Shown: positions 19,390 to 29,533 of the stretch, one piece after another | Numbering within the stretch: the first letter of the stretch is position 1 | Layout: the number at the start of each line of letters is the position of its first letter | From: Ignavibacteriota bacterium | GTDB taxonomy: Bacteria > Bacteroidota > Ignavibacteria > UBA10030 | Direction: 5' to 3' | Assembly (NCBI GenBank): GCA_003162695.1 | Contig: PMML01000029.1 | Span: 9,613 to 72,586, forward strand | DNA length: 62,974 nucleotides | Notes under the pieces: generated by a model | The model's database searches: none | Told to the model about the DNA's origin: nothing | The model's input: the letters and a program-made list of their open reading frames with translations, nothing else | Program-made: the position numbers and the translations under genes

Positions 19390-19416
19390 TCATCGTTATA
19401 ATAGAAAGGGTCAAGA

Positions 19417-20565
19417 ATGCGAAATCTTTTCACTTCTGAATCCGTATCAGAAGGACATCCGGATAAAGTATGCGATCAAATTTCAGACGCCGTCCTCGAT
19501 GCGTTCCTGTTACAGGATCCGTTGTCACGCGTAGCATGTGAATCGTTCGTCACCACGGGTCTCGCTCTCGTCGGCGGTGAAATTACATCCAAAGCAAACT
19601 ACGTCAACATCCAGGACATCGTCCGCAAGGTCATTCGCGAAATCGGTTATACAAAAGCAGGAATCGGTTTCGATGCGGATTCGTGCGCTGTCATATCCGC
19701 TTTACATTCTCAATCCCCCGATATCGCGCAGGGTGTCGACACCGGCGGTGCAGGCGACCAGGGAATGATGTTCGGCTACGCCTGTACCGAAACGCCGGAA
19801 TTGATGCCGGCTCCGATTATGTACGCGCATAAATTGGTTCACCGGCTTTCCGAAATACGGAAAAAGGAAAATGCGCTTATGCCGTATCTTCGTCCGGATG
19901 CAAAATCGCAGGTCACCGTCGAATATGACGCGAGCGGCAAACCGATCCGCATCGATACGGTCGTCGTTTCCACACAACACGATCCGAATGTGTCGCAAAA
20001 ACAAATTAAAGAAGATGTTATCGAGTACGTCATCAAGGTTATCATTCCCGCAGCGCTCCTGGATAAACAAACGCATTATTTTGTCAATCCTACCGGACGG
20101 TTTGAAGTCGGAGGTCCTCATGGCGACAGCGGTTTGACCGGGCGCAAGATCGTTGTCGATACATACGGCGGACGAGCGCCCCACGGAGGCGGAGCATTCT
20201 CAGGAAAAGATCCGACGAAAGTCGACCGCAGCGCAGCGTATGCCGCCCGTCACGTGGCCAAGAATATCGTTGCCGCAAAACTTGCCGCTGAATGCCAGAT
20301 TCAGGTTGCTTATGCGATCGGCGTAGCAGAACCGGTTTCCATTCAGGTCAAAACATTCGGTACCGGCATACTGTCCGATTCGGCTCTGGCGGAGTTCATA
20401 TCCAAAGAAATCGACCTGACGCCGCGCGGCATTATCAAACGCCTCAATCTTCGCCGTCCGATTTACGGGAAGACGGCGGCTTACGGGCATTTTGGCCGCT
20501 CGGAAAAAGATTTTACATGGGAAAAACTCGACCTTGTAAAAATCCTTCAAAAAGCAGATCGATAA
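19417..20565 (+). CDS. metK: S-adenosylmethionine synthetase
   Basis: [32 protein letters not shown] and [16 protein letters not shown] motifs. Confidence 0.98.
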   Translation: MRNLFTSESVSEGHPDKVCDQISDAVLDAFLLQDPLSRVACESFVTTGLALVGGEITSKANYVNIQDIVRKVIREIGYTKAGIGFDADSCAVISALHSQSPDIAQGVDTGGAGDQGMMFGYACTETPELMPAPIMYAHKLVHRLSEIRKKENALMPYLRPDAKSQVTVEYDASGKPIRIDTVVVSTQHDPNVSQKQIKEDVIEYVIKVIIPAALLDKQTHYFVNPTGRFEVGGPHGDSGLTGRKIVVDTYGGRAPHGGGAFSGKDPTKVDRSAAYAARHVAKNIVAAKLAAECQIQVAYAIGVAEPVSIQVKTFGTGILSDSALAEFISKEIDLTPRGIIKRLNLRRPIYGKTAAYGHFGRSEKDFTWEKLDLVKILQKADR

Positions 20566-20598
20566 TTCATTCACTCTCAAGTAAAGGGAATTTTTTTC

Positions 20599-21876
20599 AT
20601 GGACGAAAAAAAGGGACAATATAAAGTTAAAGACCTGGCTCTGGCAGATGCGGGCAAGCTCCGGATCGAATGGGCGGAATCGCGCATGCCGGTCCTGGCC
20701 GCGCTGCGTGCAAAATATAAGAAGTTAAAACCGTTCAAAGGATATAGAATCGCCGGATGCCTTCACGTAACCAAGGAAACAGCCGTGCTTGTCAGAACAT
20801 TTGCTGACGCCGGCGCAGATGTGAGCTGGAGCGGATGCAACCCTCTCTCGACACAGGACGATGTCGCTGCAGCACTCGCATCGGATGGCATCAGTATTTT
20901 TGCGTGGCACGGCATGAACGTGGATGATTTCTACTGGTGCATCGAAGAAACGCTGCGGTTCAAACCGAACCTCACGCTCGATGACGGCGCCGATCTGATC
21001 TTTACCGTTCACAACAAACACCAGGAATTGATTCCGACCGTCATTGGCGGAACGGAAGAAACCACAACCGGCGTCCACCGCCTCCGTGCGATGGCACATG
21101 CCGGCGCTTTGAAATATCCGGTCATCGCCGTCAACGATGCGGAAACAAAGTGGGACTTCGACAACGTGTACGGCACGGGTCAATCGACGCTCGACGGAAT
21201 TTTACGCGCAACCAGCGTTCTGCTTGCAGGTAAAAATATTGTCGTTGCCGGATTCGGGCACTGCGGACGCGGCGTAGCGCTCCGCGCAAAAGGGCTCGGC
21301 GCAAATGTCATCGTCACGGAAGTAAAAGCGACTGCCGCACTCAAAGCGACGCTGGAAGGTTTCCGGGTCATGACGATGGACGAAGCCGCTGCAATCGGCG
21401 ATATTTTTATTACCGCAACCGGCGTCAAAGACATACTCGTCGAACGCCATTTCAAAGCGATCAAAGACGGCGCGATCATCTGCAATACGGGACATTACGA
21501 CTGCGAGATCAACATTCCGCAATTGCAGAAGCTCACTAAAAGAGTTCGCGAAGTCCGCAAAGACAACGAAGAATATACATTAAAAAACGGCCGGCATATC
21601 TACCTGCTGGCGCAGGGACGGTTAGTCAACCTGGCAGCTGCCGAGGGACATCCTTCCGAAGTTATGGATATGTCGTTTGCCAACCAGTTTATGTCGCAGC
21701 TGCGATTGGTGGAAGAACATAAAAAAGGAAACCGGCTGGCAAATACCGTTCATGATATATCGACCGAGCAGGACCAGGAAATTGCAGGCGTCAAGCTGAG
21801 AACCATGGGATATGCCATCGATAAGCTGACAAAGGAACAGGCAAAATATATCGACGACTATTCGGCAGGAACCTGA
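20599..21876 (+). CDS. ahcY: Adenosylhomocysteinase
   Basis: GCLHVT, SGCNPLSTQD, EETTTG, FDNVYGTG and GHPSEVMDMSF motifs. Confidence 0.97.
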   Translation: MDEKKGQYKVKDLALADAGKLRIEWAESRMPVLAALRAKYKKLKPFKGYRIAGCLHVTKETAVLVRTFADAGADVSWSGCNPLSTQDDVAAALASDGISIFAWHGMNVDDFYWCIEETLRFKPNLTLDDGADLIFTVHNKHQELIPTVIGGTEETTTGVHRLRAMAHAGALKYPVIAVNDAETKWDFDNVYGTGQSTLDGILRATSVLLAGKNIVVAGFGHCGRGVALRAKGLGANVIVTEVKATAALKATLEGFRVMTMDEAAAIGDIFITATGVKDILVERHFKAIKDGAIICNTGHYDCEINIPQLQKLTKRVREVRKDNEEYTLKNGRHIYLLAQGRLVNLAAAEGHPSEVMDMSFANQFMSQLRLVEEHKKGNRLANTVHDISTEQDQEIAGVKLRTMGYAIDKLTKEQAKYIDDYSAGT

Positions 21877-21896
21877 TCGAAAGGTTATCGAAAGAG

Positions 21897-21927
21897 AAAG
21901 GCATTCCGGTTTCCGGGATGCCTTTTT
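21897..21927. terminator. Intrinsic terminator, probably bidirectional, after ahcY
   Basis: AAAGGCATTCCGG-TTT-CCGGGATGCCTTTTT between convergent genes. Confidence 0.75.
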
Positions 21928-22117
21928 ATTTTACACCGGCAATTCGTGCCGGAAGCATAATCACTGCCTTGAGGAACGCAAATATGCCTTCAACCGTCAA
22001 TCCGATAAGCCGAAAAGGCAGAAGAAGAATCCAGACCAGCGGATAAAGCACAAACGCTGCAAGCGCTAAAGGCCAGCAGAGGAAAAAAAGAACCAGCCAA
22101 AGAATGAATGTAAGCAT
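21926..22117 (-). CDS. Small hydrophobic membrane protein (63 aa)
   Basis: Strong AGGAGGTG RBS and a coherent hydrophobic sequence LCWPLAL...LYPLVWILLLPFR. Confidence 0.7.
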   Translation of the reverse strand: MLTFILWLVLFFLCWPLALAAFVLYPLVWILLLPFRLIGLTVEGIFAFLKAVIMLPARIAGVK

Positions 22118-22241
22118 AAAGCACCTCCTTTTCTTCTTTTACGAAGAAGATACGCATTTGTTGCATCCAGGACTTCGCCGGAACCGGCATCTGCATATAT
22201 TGCTCAAAAATTAATTCGTCCGCCTATCAGTCAATCATCCA

Positions 22242-22270
22242 TTGCAGAACCAGACAAAAAGAAGTATATT
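22242..22270 (+). promoter_or_regulatory. Sigma70-like promoter of parAB
   Basis: TTGCAG-N17-TATATT. Confidence 0.55.
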
Positions 22271-22299
22271 TTTTTATTATTCATTCTTAGCGAAGCTAC

Positions 22300-23109
22300 G
22301 TGGCAAAAATTATCGTTGTAGCAAATCAGAAAGGCGGGGTCGGTAAAACGACCACCGCCATCAATCTTGCAGCTTCGCTTGCAGCGGCCGAAAAGCGCAT
22401 TCTGCTTGTGGATAACGATCCGCAGGCAAATGCAACGAGCGGCGTCGGCTCCGCAAGCGTGGAAGGCAAGTCGATTTACGAAGTTCTTGTCCAGACAATC
22501 GATGCCGCTTCGACCATCCAGCCGACGCAAATGCCGTTTCTTTCCATTATTCCTTCCCACATCAATCTTGTCGGTGCGGAAATCGAAATGGTGGAAATGG
22601 AAAACCGGGAGCGATTGCTGCAAACAGCTCTCAAACCGGTACGCGACAGGTTCGATTTTATTATTATCGACTGCCCCCCTTCACTCGGGCTCCTGACATT
22701 AAACGCACTCACTGCGGCCGATTCCGTCCTTATTCCCGTCCAGTGCGAATATTTCGCTCTCGAAGGGCTCGGTCAATTGTTCAGCACCATCAATATGGTT
22801 AAAAAGAATTTGAACCCGGGACTCGATATCGAAGGCGTACTCCTGACTATGTTCGATTCGCGGCTTCGTCTTTCCAATCAAATCGTGGACGAAGTCAAAC
22901 GATATTTCGGCGGCAAAGTCTTTACCACGGTCGTCTCCCGCAACATCCGGCTCAGCGAAGCCCCGAGCTTCGGGAAACCGATTATTCTGTACGACGCTAT
23001 TTGCTCCGGCACACGGCATTATATGGATCTGGCGAAAGAAATTTTGCAGAATAATAAATTTTTTGCCTACGAACCCATCCTGCAGCACACCACACCCGGA
23101 GCAGAATAG
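22300..23109 (+). CDS. parA: Chromosome partitioning ATPase ParA/Soj
   Basis: NQKGGVGKTTT, DPQANAT, IDCPPSLG and RLSEAPS motifs. Confidence 0.96.
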   Translation: MAKIIVVANQKGGVGKTTTAINLAASLAAAEKRILLVDNDPQANATSGVGSASVEGKSIYEVLVQTIDAASTIQPTQMPFLSIIPSHINLVGAEIEMVEMENRERLLQTALKPVRDRFDFIIIDCPPSLGLLTLNALTAADSVLIPVQCEYFALEGLGQLFSTINMVKKNLNPGLDIEGVLLTMFDSRLRLSNQIVDEVKRYFGGKVFTTVVSRNIRLSEAPSFGKPIILYDAICSGTRHYMDLAKEILQNNKFFAYEPILQHTTPGAE

Positions 23110-23112
23110 CCA

Positions 23113-24024
23113 ATGAGTATGAATAAAAAACCCGTTCTCGGACGAGGGCTCAACGCACTTATTCCCAAAACTCCGCACATGGAGATCAATATCCGCGATA
23201 CGTCCATCGGGACAGATACGGGAGAGACCGGCATTATTGCCAATGTCGAGATCGGGAAAATACATCCGAATCCTTTTCAGCCGAGAACCGATTTCGATCC
23301 GGGCGCTCTGGAAGAACTCACGCGGTCGATCCGGGAAAAAGGGATCATTCAGCCTATCACGATACGCCGGGCCGAAAACGGATACCAGCTCATTTCCGGA
23401 GAACGCCGGCTGCGTGCAGCGCAGCTTGCACGGCTCAAGTACATTCCGGCGTATATCATCTCCATCGAGAACGACGAAGAAATGCTGGAACTCGCGCTGA
23501 TCGAGAATATACAGCGCGAGTATTTGAATCCGATCGAAGTAGCCGCCGCATACCAGCGGCTCATCGACGATTGCCGTTTGACGCAGGATGATATCGCCCA
23601 GAAAGTGGGAAAAGACCGCAGTACAGTGACAAATTTTATCCGGCTTTTAAAACTTCCCCTTAAAATACAGGACGGGCTTCGAAAAAATAAAATTTCGATG
23701 GGACATGCCCGCGCGCTGATCAATTTGCCAAGTGAAAAGACCCAGCTGCGGACGTACGATAAAATCGTCGACGCAGGGCTGTCCGTCCGCAAGGTGGAAG
23801 ATATCGTCCGATCTGCGGGAAAAAATTCCGCAAAACCGGCAAAGTCCGCAGGCAGCGGCGCCGCTGCAAACCTGCACAGCCTCGAAGAACGGCTTCAGCA
23901 GGCGCTTGGAACCAAAGTGAAAGTGCATACGAAAGGAAACAGCAAGGGTGAAATAGTCATAGAATTTTATTCACTGGACGATTTTGACCGGCTGTTGGAC
24001 CTGTTTACGGATGGGAAAAAATAA
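23113..24024 (+). CDS. parB: Chromosome partitioning protein ParB/Spo0J
   Basis: LGRGLNALI, PNPFQPR, GERRLRA, ENIQRE and HTH KDRSTVTNFIRLL motifs. Confidence 0.96.
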   Translation: MSMNKKPVLGRGLNALIPKTPHMEINIRDTSIGTDTGETGIIANVEIGKIHPNPFQPRTDFDPGALEELTRSIREKGIIQPITIRRAENGYQLISGERRLRAAQLARLKYIPAYIISIENDEEMLELALIENIQREYLNPIEVAAAYQRLIDDCRLTQDDIAQKVGKDRSTVTNFIRLLKLPLKIQDGLRKNKISMGHARALINLPSEKTQLRTYDKIVDAGLSVRKVEDIVRSAGKNSAKPAKSAGSGAAANLHSLEERLQQALGTKVKVHTKGNSKGEIVIEFYSLDDFDRLLDLFTDGKK

Positions 24025-24049
24025 TTTGATAATTCAGTTCTCATAACGG

Positions 24050-24070
24050 TTCACTATTCACTATTTACTG
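24050..24070. repeat. Short heptamer tandem array (TTCACTA-like)
   Basis: ttcacta ttcacta tttactg. Confidence 0.55.
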
Positions 24071-24080
24071 TTTTTAAAAA

Positions 24081-24467
24081 ATGTCTAAAACAAAAATTTT
24101 AACGGAAAAAGCTCCGGCGCCGATCGGCCCCTACAGTCAGGCGATTGCAGTTGAAGGAAAACTTCTTTTCACGGCAGGACAGATCCCGATCGATCCCGCC
24201 TCAGGGACCGTAACAAGCCCGGACATCAAATCACAAACCCGTCAGGTACTGCAAAACCTGGAAGCGGTTCTCGTTGCTGGAGGTTCGTCGCTCCAGCAGG
24301 TCGTTAAAACCACTGTCTTTTTGAAAAACATGAGCGACTTCGCAGCGATGAATGAAGTATACGGCGAATTTTTTGCTTCGAATGCGCCGGCGCGAAGCGC
24401 GGTTGAAGTCTCCCGGCTTCCGAAAGATGTGAAAGTAGAAATTGAAGCCGTTGCACTTATCGACTGA
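24081..24467 (+). CDS. RidA/YjgF family enamine/imine deaminase
   Basis: [27 protein letters not shown] and VEIEAVA motifs. Confidence 0.93.
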   Translation: MSKTKILTEKAPAPIGPYSQAIAVEGKLLFTAGQIPIDPASGTVTSPDIKSQTRQVLQNLEAVLVAGGSSLQQVVKTTVFLKNMSDFAAMNEVYGEFFASNAPARSAVEVSRLPKDVKVEIEAVALID

Positions 24468-24508
24468 ATCTTTTATGGTAAGTACTCAGCGAGATATTGA
24501 AAGATCAA

Positions 24509-24568
24509 AATCCCCCTCTTTAGGAAAGAGATTCCCCCTTTTATTCAAAAGGTGGATAAAGGGGGATT
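24509..24568. repeat. REP-like palindromic element (CCCCCTTT...AAAGGGGG)
   Basis: AATCCCCCT/AGGGGGATT outer arms, alternative TCCCCCTTT/AAAGGGGGA arms, and nested small hairpins. Confidence 0.55.
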
Positions 24569-24620
24569 GAAAACCGAGTAAAAAACAATTGTTTCAAAAT
24601 ATGCTGAGCACATACCTTTT

Positions 24621-25226
24621 ATGAAACATTGGAGATTCATACGGCTCTTCGGCATTCTTTTATGTTTTCTTGTCTGCCCGCAGTTTATTCATGCCCAGCA
24701 AGTTCTTTCCGCCGCATTCGTACGTCAGGATTCCGCCAAAGCACAGACCGATACGCTTGCATCACCCGCAAATAAATTGACTCCCCCGCCCCTTGAGAAA
24801 AAGTCCGGAAATACCGCTTTGCTTCTTTCAGCGATTCTTCCCGGAGCGGGTCAGATTTATGCGCATCGATATTATACGATCCCGCTGTATTGGGGACTCG
24901 GCACTTTTTTTGTCGCAGAATGGATTACATGCAACCATTATTATCATTATGCCCTGAATAATTATTCAGATTCGCTTGCATCGACAACAATGAAACAGCT
25001 TTTACTCGCGCCCCTGACAACCGACTATGCCCAGAACAAGCTCGCAGAACTCCAAAGGAACCGCGACCATTGGCATGATACGCGTGATAAATATGCGATC
25101 TATCTCGCATTGACATATGTTGTCAATCTTTTAGATGCCTATGTAGGAGCAACGTTGTATAGTTTCGACGTCACGGATAATCTGGAAGGAACAACTACCG
25201 TCCAGGTTAAGATTCCCATTCATTAG
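24621..25226 (+). CDS. Secreted/membrane protein of the DUF5683 type
   Basis: Signal peptide; A(L)LSAILPGAGQIY.HRY and YVVNLLDAYVGA motifs. Confidence 0.65.
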   Translation: MKHWRFIRLFGILLCFLVCPQFIHAQQVLSAAFVRQDSAKAQTDTLASPANKLTPPPLEKKSGNTALLLSAILPGAGQIYAHRYYTIPLYWGLGTFFVAEWITCNHYYHYALNNYSDSLASTTMKQLLLAPLTTDYAQNKLAELQRNRDHWHDTRDKYAIYLALTYVVNLLDAYVGATLYSFDVTDNLEGTTTVQVKIPIH

Positions 25227-26146
25227 CCCGCAAGATTTTTCAATGCATCTTCACATTCCGGAAAAGAAAATCTAAATCCGGAGTCTGCCAGTTTTTTCGG
25301 TACGGCTTTTTGTCCCTGCAGAAGCAGTTGTTCCGCCATTTCGCCCAGAAGAATTTTTAAAATCATTCCGGGGACGGGAATTGCCGACGGGCGATTGAGA
25401 ACTCTGCCGAGCAAGCTGCAAAAATCTTTCTGACGGAGTATGCCGGGTGCGCAGAGATTCACTGCGCCGGAAATATTTTCATTCTCCAGCGCAAAAAGGA
25501 TTGCATTCACTTCGTCCAGTACATGGATCCACGGGAACCATTGGTTTCCGCCGGCGAAATGTCCGCCCAGAAAAAATCGAAACGCTCTCAGTAATCCGGG
25601 GAAAATTCCGGCGTGTGTGTCCAGGACAATACCGGTCCTCAGCAGAACGACACGCACTCCGAATTTTTCTGCGCACTGTGCCTCAATCTCCCATTGGACG
25701 CATACATCCGCTAAAAAACCTTGTCCTTTTGAAAATGATTCCGTTACATCTCCTTCCGGAACATTGCCGTAAAAACCTACGGCAGATGCATTCAACAACA
25801 CTTTCGGCGAATGGCCGCCGCGTCCGATGGCCGACACCAACGCCCTGGTCGTTTCGATCCTGCTGTTGAGTATTTTTATTTTTTGCGTATTTGTCCATCG
25901 CCTGCCCGCAAGAGTTTCGCCGGCAAGATTGATAACGGCGGCAGCTCCATCGATTGCCGGCAGGAGAACCTCCGGAGTGCGGCCGTCCCATGCAAGTCGT
26001 GTTAATTTTGCATTCTTTAAAAAATAGGATATGGATGCAGGCCCCTCACGGCGCGAAAGAACAACGACCTGATGATTCAATTCAAGAAGCCGCTGTGTCA
26101 CTTTGCCGCCGATAAATCCCGTTCCACCGGCAACGACGATTTTCAT
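25223..26146 (-). CDS. TIGR01777/YfcH family NAD-dependent epimerase (DUF1731)
   Basis: MKIVVAGGTGFIG, INLAGE, SAVGFYG, LRTGIVL, PWIHV and LLQGQKAVP motifs; start trimmed to 26146. Confidence 0.9.
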   Translation of the reverse strand: MKIVVAGGTGFIGGKVTQRLLELNHQVVVLSRREGPASISYFLKNAKLTRLAWDGRTPEVLLPAIDGAAAVINLAGETLAGRRWTNTQKIKILNSRIETTRALVSAIGRGGHSPKVLLNASAVGFYGNVPEGDVTESFSKGQGFLADVCVQWEIEAQCAEKFGVRVVLLRTGIVLDTHAGIFPGLLRAFRFFLGGHFAGGNQWFPWIHVLDEVNAILFALENENISGAVNLCAPGILRQKDFCSLLGRVLNRPSAIPVPGMILKILLGEMAEQLLLQGQKAVPKKLADSGFRFSFPECEDALKNLAG

Positions 26147-26172
26147 TTTTTTCCATTCATGATTATACATTC

Positions 26173-26226
26173 CAGACGGCAGACTGAAAACAGTGAAAAG
26201 TAAAGAGTAAATAGCAGTTAAATGAG
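26173..26226. repeat. Degenerate heptamer array
   Basis: Minus strand tttactc tttactt ttcactg ttttcag tctgccg. Confidence 0.5.
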
Positions 26227-26379
26227 CAAAAAAGCAAAACAATAAAACGACTGAAATTCCTCCATCGGTTCATAGGTCTTAGTTCGTTGTTCGGCTGGAG
26301 GCCTGATAATGTCATCAAATATTAGCGGGATATAAATTTGAGGAAGGCCAAGAAGAAGAAATTCCTGATTTCTATTTAT

Positions 26380-26569
26380 CCTGAAACCTGCATGAATAAA
26401 GACACAAAAGTTGATTATGTATTGTGAAAACAGTATAATTTTTCATAAATATCAAAAAGATTCAACCTGCCTTTTAGTTAGGTTCATTCTTGATACGCAA
26501 AGGACCCAAAAATTTCTACTTTTCTTTAAGAAAAAGAATTTCTAAACACTTTTTCACGCAGGATTCAGG
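26380..26569. mobile_element. MITE-like non-autonomous element (190 bp)
   Basis: 17-bp imperfect terminal inverted repeats (CCTGAAACCTGCATGAA / TTCACGCAGGATTCAGG, 15/17 match) flanked on both sides by TTTAT. Confidence 0.5.
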
Positions 26570-26663
26570 TTTATTTCTTTTAACTTCAGCACTACGTACT
26601 GCGAGCTAAGCACTTCATTAAGCTTTCCCACGATTCACAATTCGCAATTGGCGCTGCTGCTCA

Positions 26664-26692
26664 TTGCTCTTCTCCGCATTTTTGAATATCTT
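26664..26692 (+). promoter_or_regulatory. Sigma70-like promoter of lepA
   Basis: TTGCTC-N17-TATCTT. Confidence 0.5.
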
Positions 26693-26763
26693 TAAGAAGA
26701 AAGGAGTAAAGAGCGGCTGACCCCTCTTTACTCTTTATTGTTTTAATGGATTGAGCTTTGAAA

Positions 26764-28563
26764 ATGGATCATATTCGTAATTTTTGCATCGTAGCACACA
26801 TCGATCACGGCAAATCGACTCTTGCCGACCGGCTGCTGGAATATACCGGCACGATCGCCTCGCGGGATATGACAAAACAGGTTCTCGACGATATGGATCT
26901 GGAACAGGAGCGGGGCATTACGATCAAGCTGCATGCAATTCAGCTCCAGTATACATCGCACGATAAAAAAAATTATACTCTCAACCTTATCGACACGCCG
27001 GGTCACGTCGATTTTACGTATGAGGTTTCCCGCTCCCTCGCCGCGTGCGAAGGAGCGATTCTTGTCGTCGACGCTACTCAAGGCGTCGAGGCTCAGACAA
27101 TTTCCAACCTCTACCTCGCTATCGATGCCGGACTCGAGATCATACCCTTTATCAATAAAATCGATCTGCCAAGTGCAAAGACCATGATCGATACGGTTAA
27201 GAAGCAGATCATCGACCTGATCGGCTGCACGGAAGAAGAGATTCTCACGGGCAGCGCTAAATCGGGAATCGGAACCGAGGAGGTTCTGGAAGCGATCGTC
27301 AAGCGCGTTCCGCCGCCGCAGGGAGATCCGCAGGCGCCTCTGAAGGCGCTCATTTTCGATTCCGTATTCGACGAATTCCGCGGGGCTATTGCCTACATTC
27401 GCGTTATGGACGGATCTATCAAAGAAAAAGACCAGATACGCTTTTTTTCAAACGGAAGAGATTTTCAGGCGGAAGACATCGGCATATTGGAAATGCAGCG
27501 CAAGCGGACCGGATCCCTTTCCGCAGGGGATGTCGGTTACCTTATTGCCAATCTGCGGGATGTCCACGACACTAAGGTCGGAGATACGATTACACTTGCA
27601 GGCAATCCTGCATCGGAGCCGCTTCCCGGATATAAGGAAGCGAAGCCGATGGTCTTCAGCGGAATTTATCCGACCAACAGCGACGAATTTTCCGAATTGC
27701 GTGAAGCGCTGGAGAAATTAAAACTCAACGACGCTTCTTTAATCTTCGAACCGGAAACGTCCGTGGCTCTCGGTTTCGGATTCCGCGCCGGTTTCCTCGG
27801 ACTTCTGCATATGGAAATCGTCCGCGAACGGCTCGAACGGGAATATAATCAATCGCTCATTAATACGGTTCCCAACGTCGAATACCGAGTAACAAAAACA
27901 AATCACGATGTTTTATTCGTAGACAATCCTGCGTTCATGCCGGACGCCGGGCAGATCGAAAAAGTAGAAGAGCCGTTCGTCAAGGCGCAAATTATCGTTC
28001 CGGTCGAATACATCGGAAATATCATGAAACTCTGCATGGACCGGCGCGGCATACATAAGAACACGACATACCTGAGTCCCGAACGCGCCGATATTCATTA
28101 TGAGCTCCCGCTTTCCGAAATTATTTTCGATTTTTACGATAAATTGAAATCCATTTCGCGCGGGTATGCTTCATTCGATTACGACCTGCTGGATTACAGG
28201 GAATCCGAATTAGTGAAGCTGGATATTCTCCTCAACGGAGAGCCGGTCGATGCGCTGTCCACCATCGTTCACCGCGAAAAATCGTATGAGTGGGGACGAA
28301 AGATGTGCCAGAAACTTCGGAAGCTGATCCATCGTCAAATGTTCGAAGTGGCCATACAGGCAGCGATCGGCAGCAAGGTTATCGCACGGGAAACGCTCAG
28401 TGCGATGAGGAAAAACGTCCTGGCTAAATGCTACGGCGGCGATATATCGCGCAAGCGCAAGCTCCTGGAGAAACAAAAAGAGGGTAAGAAACGTATGAAA
28501 CAGGTAGGCCGTGTTGAGATTCCTCAGGAAGCATTTCTCGCCGTCCTCTCTATGGAAGAGTAG
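26764..28563 (+). CDS. lepA: Elongation factor 4 (LepA)
   Basis: [34 protein letters not shown] and [25 protein letters not shown] motifs. Confidence 0.98.
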   Translation: MDHIRNFCIVAHIDHGKSTLADRLLEYTGTIASRDMTKQVLDDMDLEQERGITIKLHAIQLQYTSHDKKNYTLNLIDTPGHVDFTYEVSRSLAACEGAILVVDATQGVEAQTISNLYLAIDAGLEIIPFINKIDLPSAKTMIDTVKKQIIDLIGCTEEEILTGSAKSGIGTEEVLEAIVKRVPPPQGDPQAPLKALIFDSVFDEFRGAIAYIRVMDGSIKEKDQIRFFSNGRDFQAEDIGILEMQRKRTGSLSAGDVGYLIANLRDVHDTKVGDTITLAGNPASEPLPGYKEAKPMVFSGIYPTNSDEFSELREALEKLKLNDASLIFEPETSVALGFGFRAGFLGLLHMEIVRERLEREYNQSLINTVPNVEYRVTKTNHDVLFVDNPAFMPDAGQIEKVEEPFVKAQIIVPVEYIGNIMKLCMDRRGIHKNTTYLSPERADIHYELPLSEIIFDFYDKLKSISRGYASFDYDLLDYRESELVKLDILLNGEPVDALSTIVHREKSYEWGRKMCQKLRKLIHRQMFEVAIQAAIGSKVIARETLSAMRKNVLAKCYGGDISRKRKLLEKQKEGKKRMKQVGRVEIPQEAFLAVLSMEE

Positions 28564-28594
28564 AAGAGACTTTTATTTCAAGAAAGGGAAACCC

Positions 28595-29533
28595 TTGAAC
28601 ACTCACAAGAAACAACAGGAAGAACCCCGGCTGAACTGGAAACAAAAAACCGTTGCGTTCCTTAAAGAATTCGGCATCGTATTCGGTTTGTTTCTCCTCA
28701 TCAACAATTTTGTTATCGCATCATTTATGGTACCGACGGGATCTATGGAAAACGAGGTACTCACCGGCGAATTGCTTTTTGTCAACAAATTCATCTACGG
28801 CGGGACAAGTCCGATGAACCTGCAGCAATTCGATTTCCTGCAGATGCTCACACTCGGAGCTATCCGCCTGCCGAACGTTCCTTTCCCATGGTTTCGTTTG
28901 CCGGCCGTCCGTGATGTGCACCGGGGCGATGTGATTGTTTTTGTTTTCCCCGGTATGCGGGATGAATTGCAATCGGACCAGTTCACATATTACCTAAAAC
29001 GCTGCATCGCAGTATCGGGCGATACTCTCCGGATTCGCAATCGAGTTGTGTCCGTCAACGGACAGGTTGTTCCGCTGCCGCGGAATGTTCGCTATGACCG
29101 GGGCTGGGAAGTCCCGTCGAATGATCCCGATGATCGGATTTTTCCAAAAGGAGCGCCGTGGAATGAAGACAATTACGGTCCTCTTGTAATTCCAAAAAAA
29201 GGAATGGAAATTCCTTTGAGTGTTCAAAATTTTCCGGCATGGGAAATATTTATAGAGCGGGAAGGGCATTCGGCTGGAATCGCAGGCGGATCGGTAATGG
29301 TGGACGGGAAACCTGCCGCATCATACACCGTTCAGCGTGATTATATCTTCGGCATGGGAGACCACCGGGATAACAGTCTGGATGGACGGTACTGGGGATT
29401 TATTCCGAAAGAGAATCTTGTCGGCACTCCGATGCTCGTCTACTGGTCGTGGAACTCCGATATTCCGATCTACGACATCTTCGGACGGCTTGCGTCGGTG
29501 CGCTGGGGCAGAATCGGTTCGCTCATTCAATAA
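28595..29533 (+). CDS. lepB: Signal peptidase I (paralog 1)
   Basis: VPTGSME (Ser), YLKRC (Lys) and GDHRDNSLDGRYWG; probable TTG start at 28595. Confidence 0.92.
   Translation: MNTHKKQQEEPRLNWKQKTVAFLKEFGIVFGLFLLINNFVIASFMVPTGSMENEVLTGELLFVNKFIYGGTSPMNLQQFDFLQMLTLGAIRLPNVPFPWFRLPAVRDVHRGDVIVFVFPGMRDELQSDQFTYYLKRCIAVSGDTLRIRNRVVSVNGQVVPLPRNVRYDRGWEVPSNDPDDRIFPKGAPWNEDNYGPLVIPKKGMEIPLSVQNFPAWEIFIEREGHSAGIAGGSVMVDGKPAASYTVQRDYIFGMGDHRDNSLDGRYWGFIPKENLVGTPMLVYWSWNSDIPIYDIFGRLASVRWGRIGSLIQ

Noticed and set aside
19390-19416. SAM/SAH riboswitch before metK
   Set aside because: The intergenic gap is only 27 nt, too short for a riboswitch.
22300-24080. parS site near parAB
   Set aside because: No TGTTTCACGTGAAACA-like palindrome was seen by eye in or near these genes.
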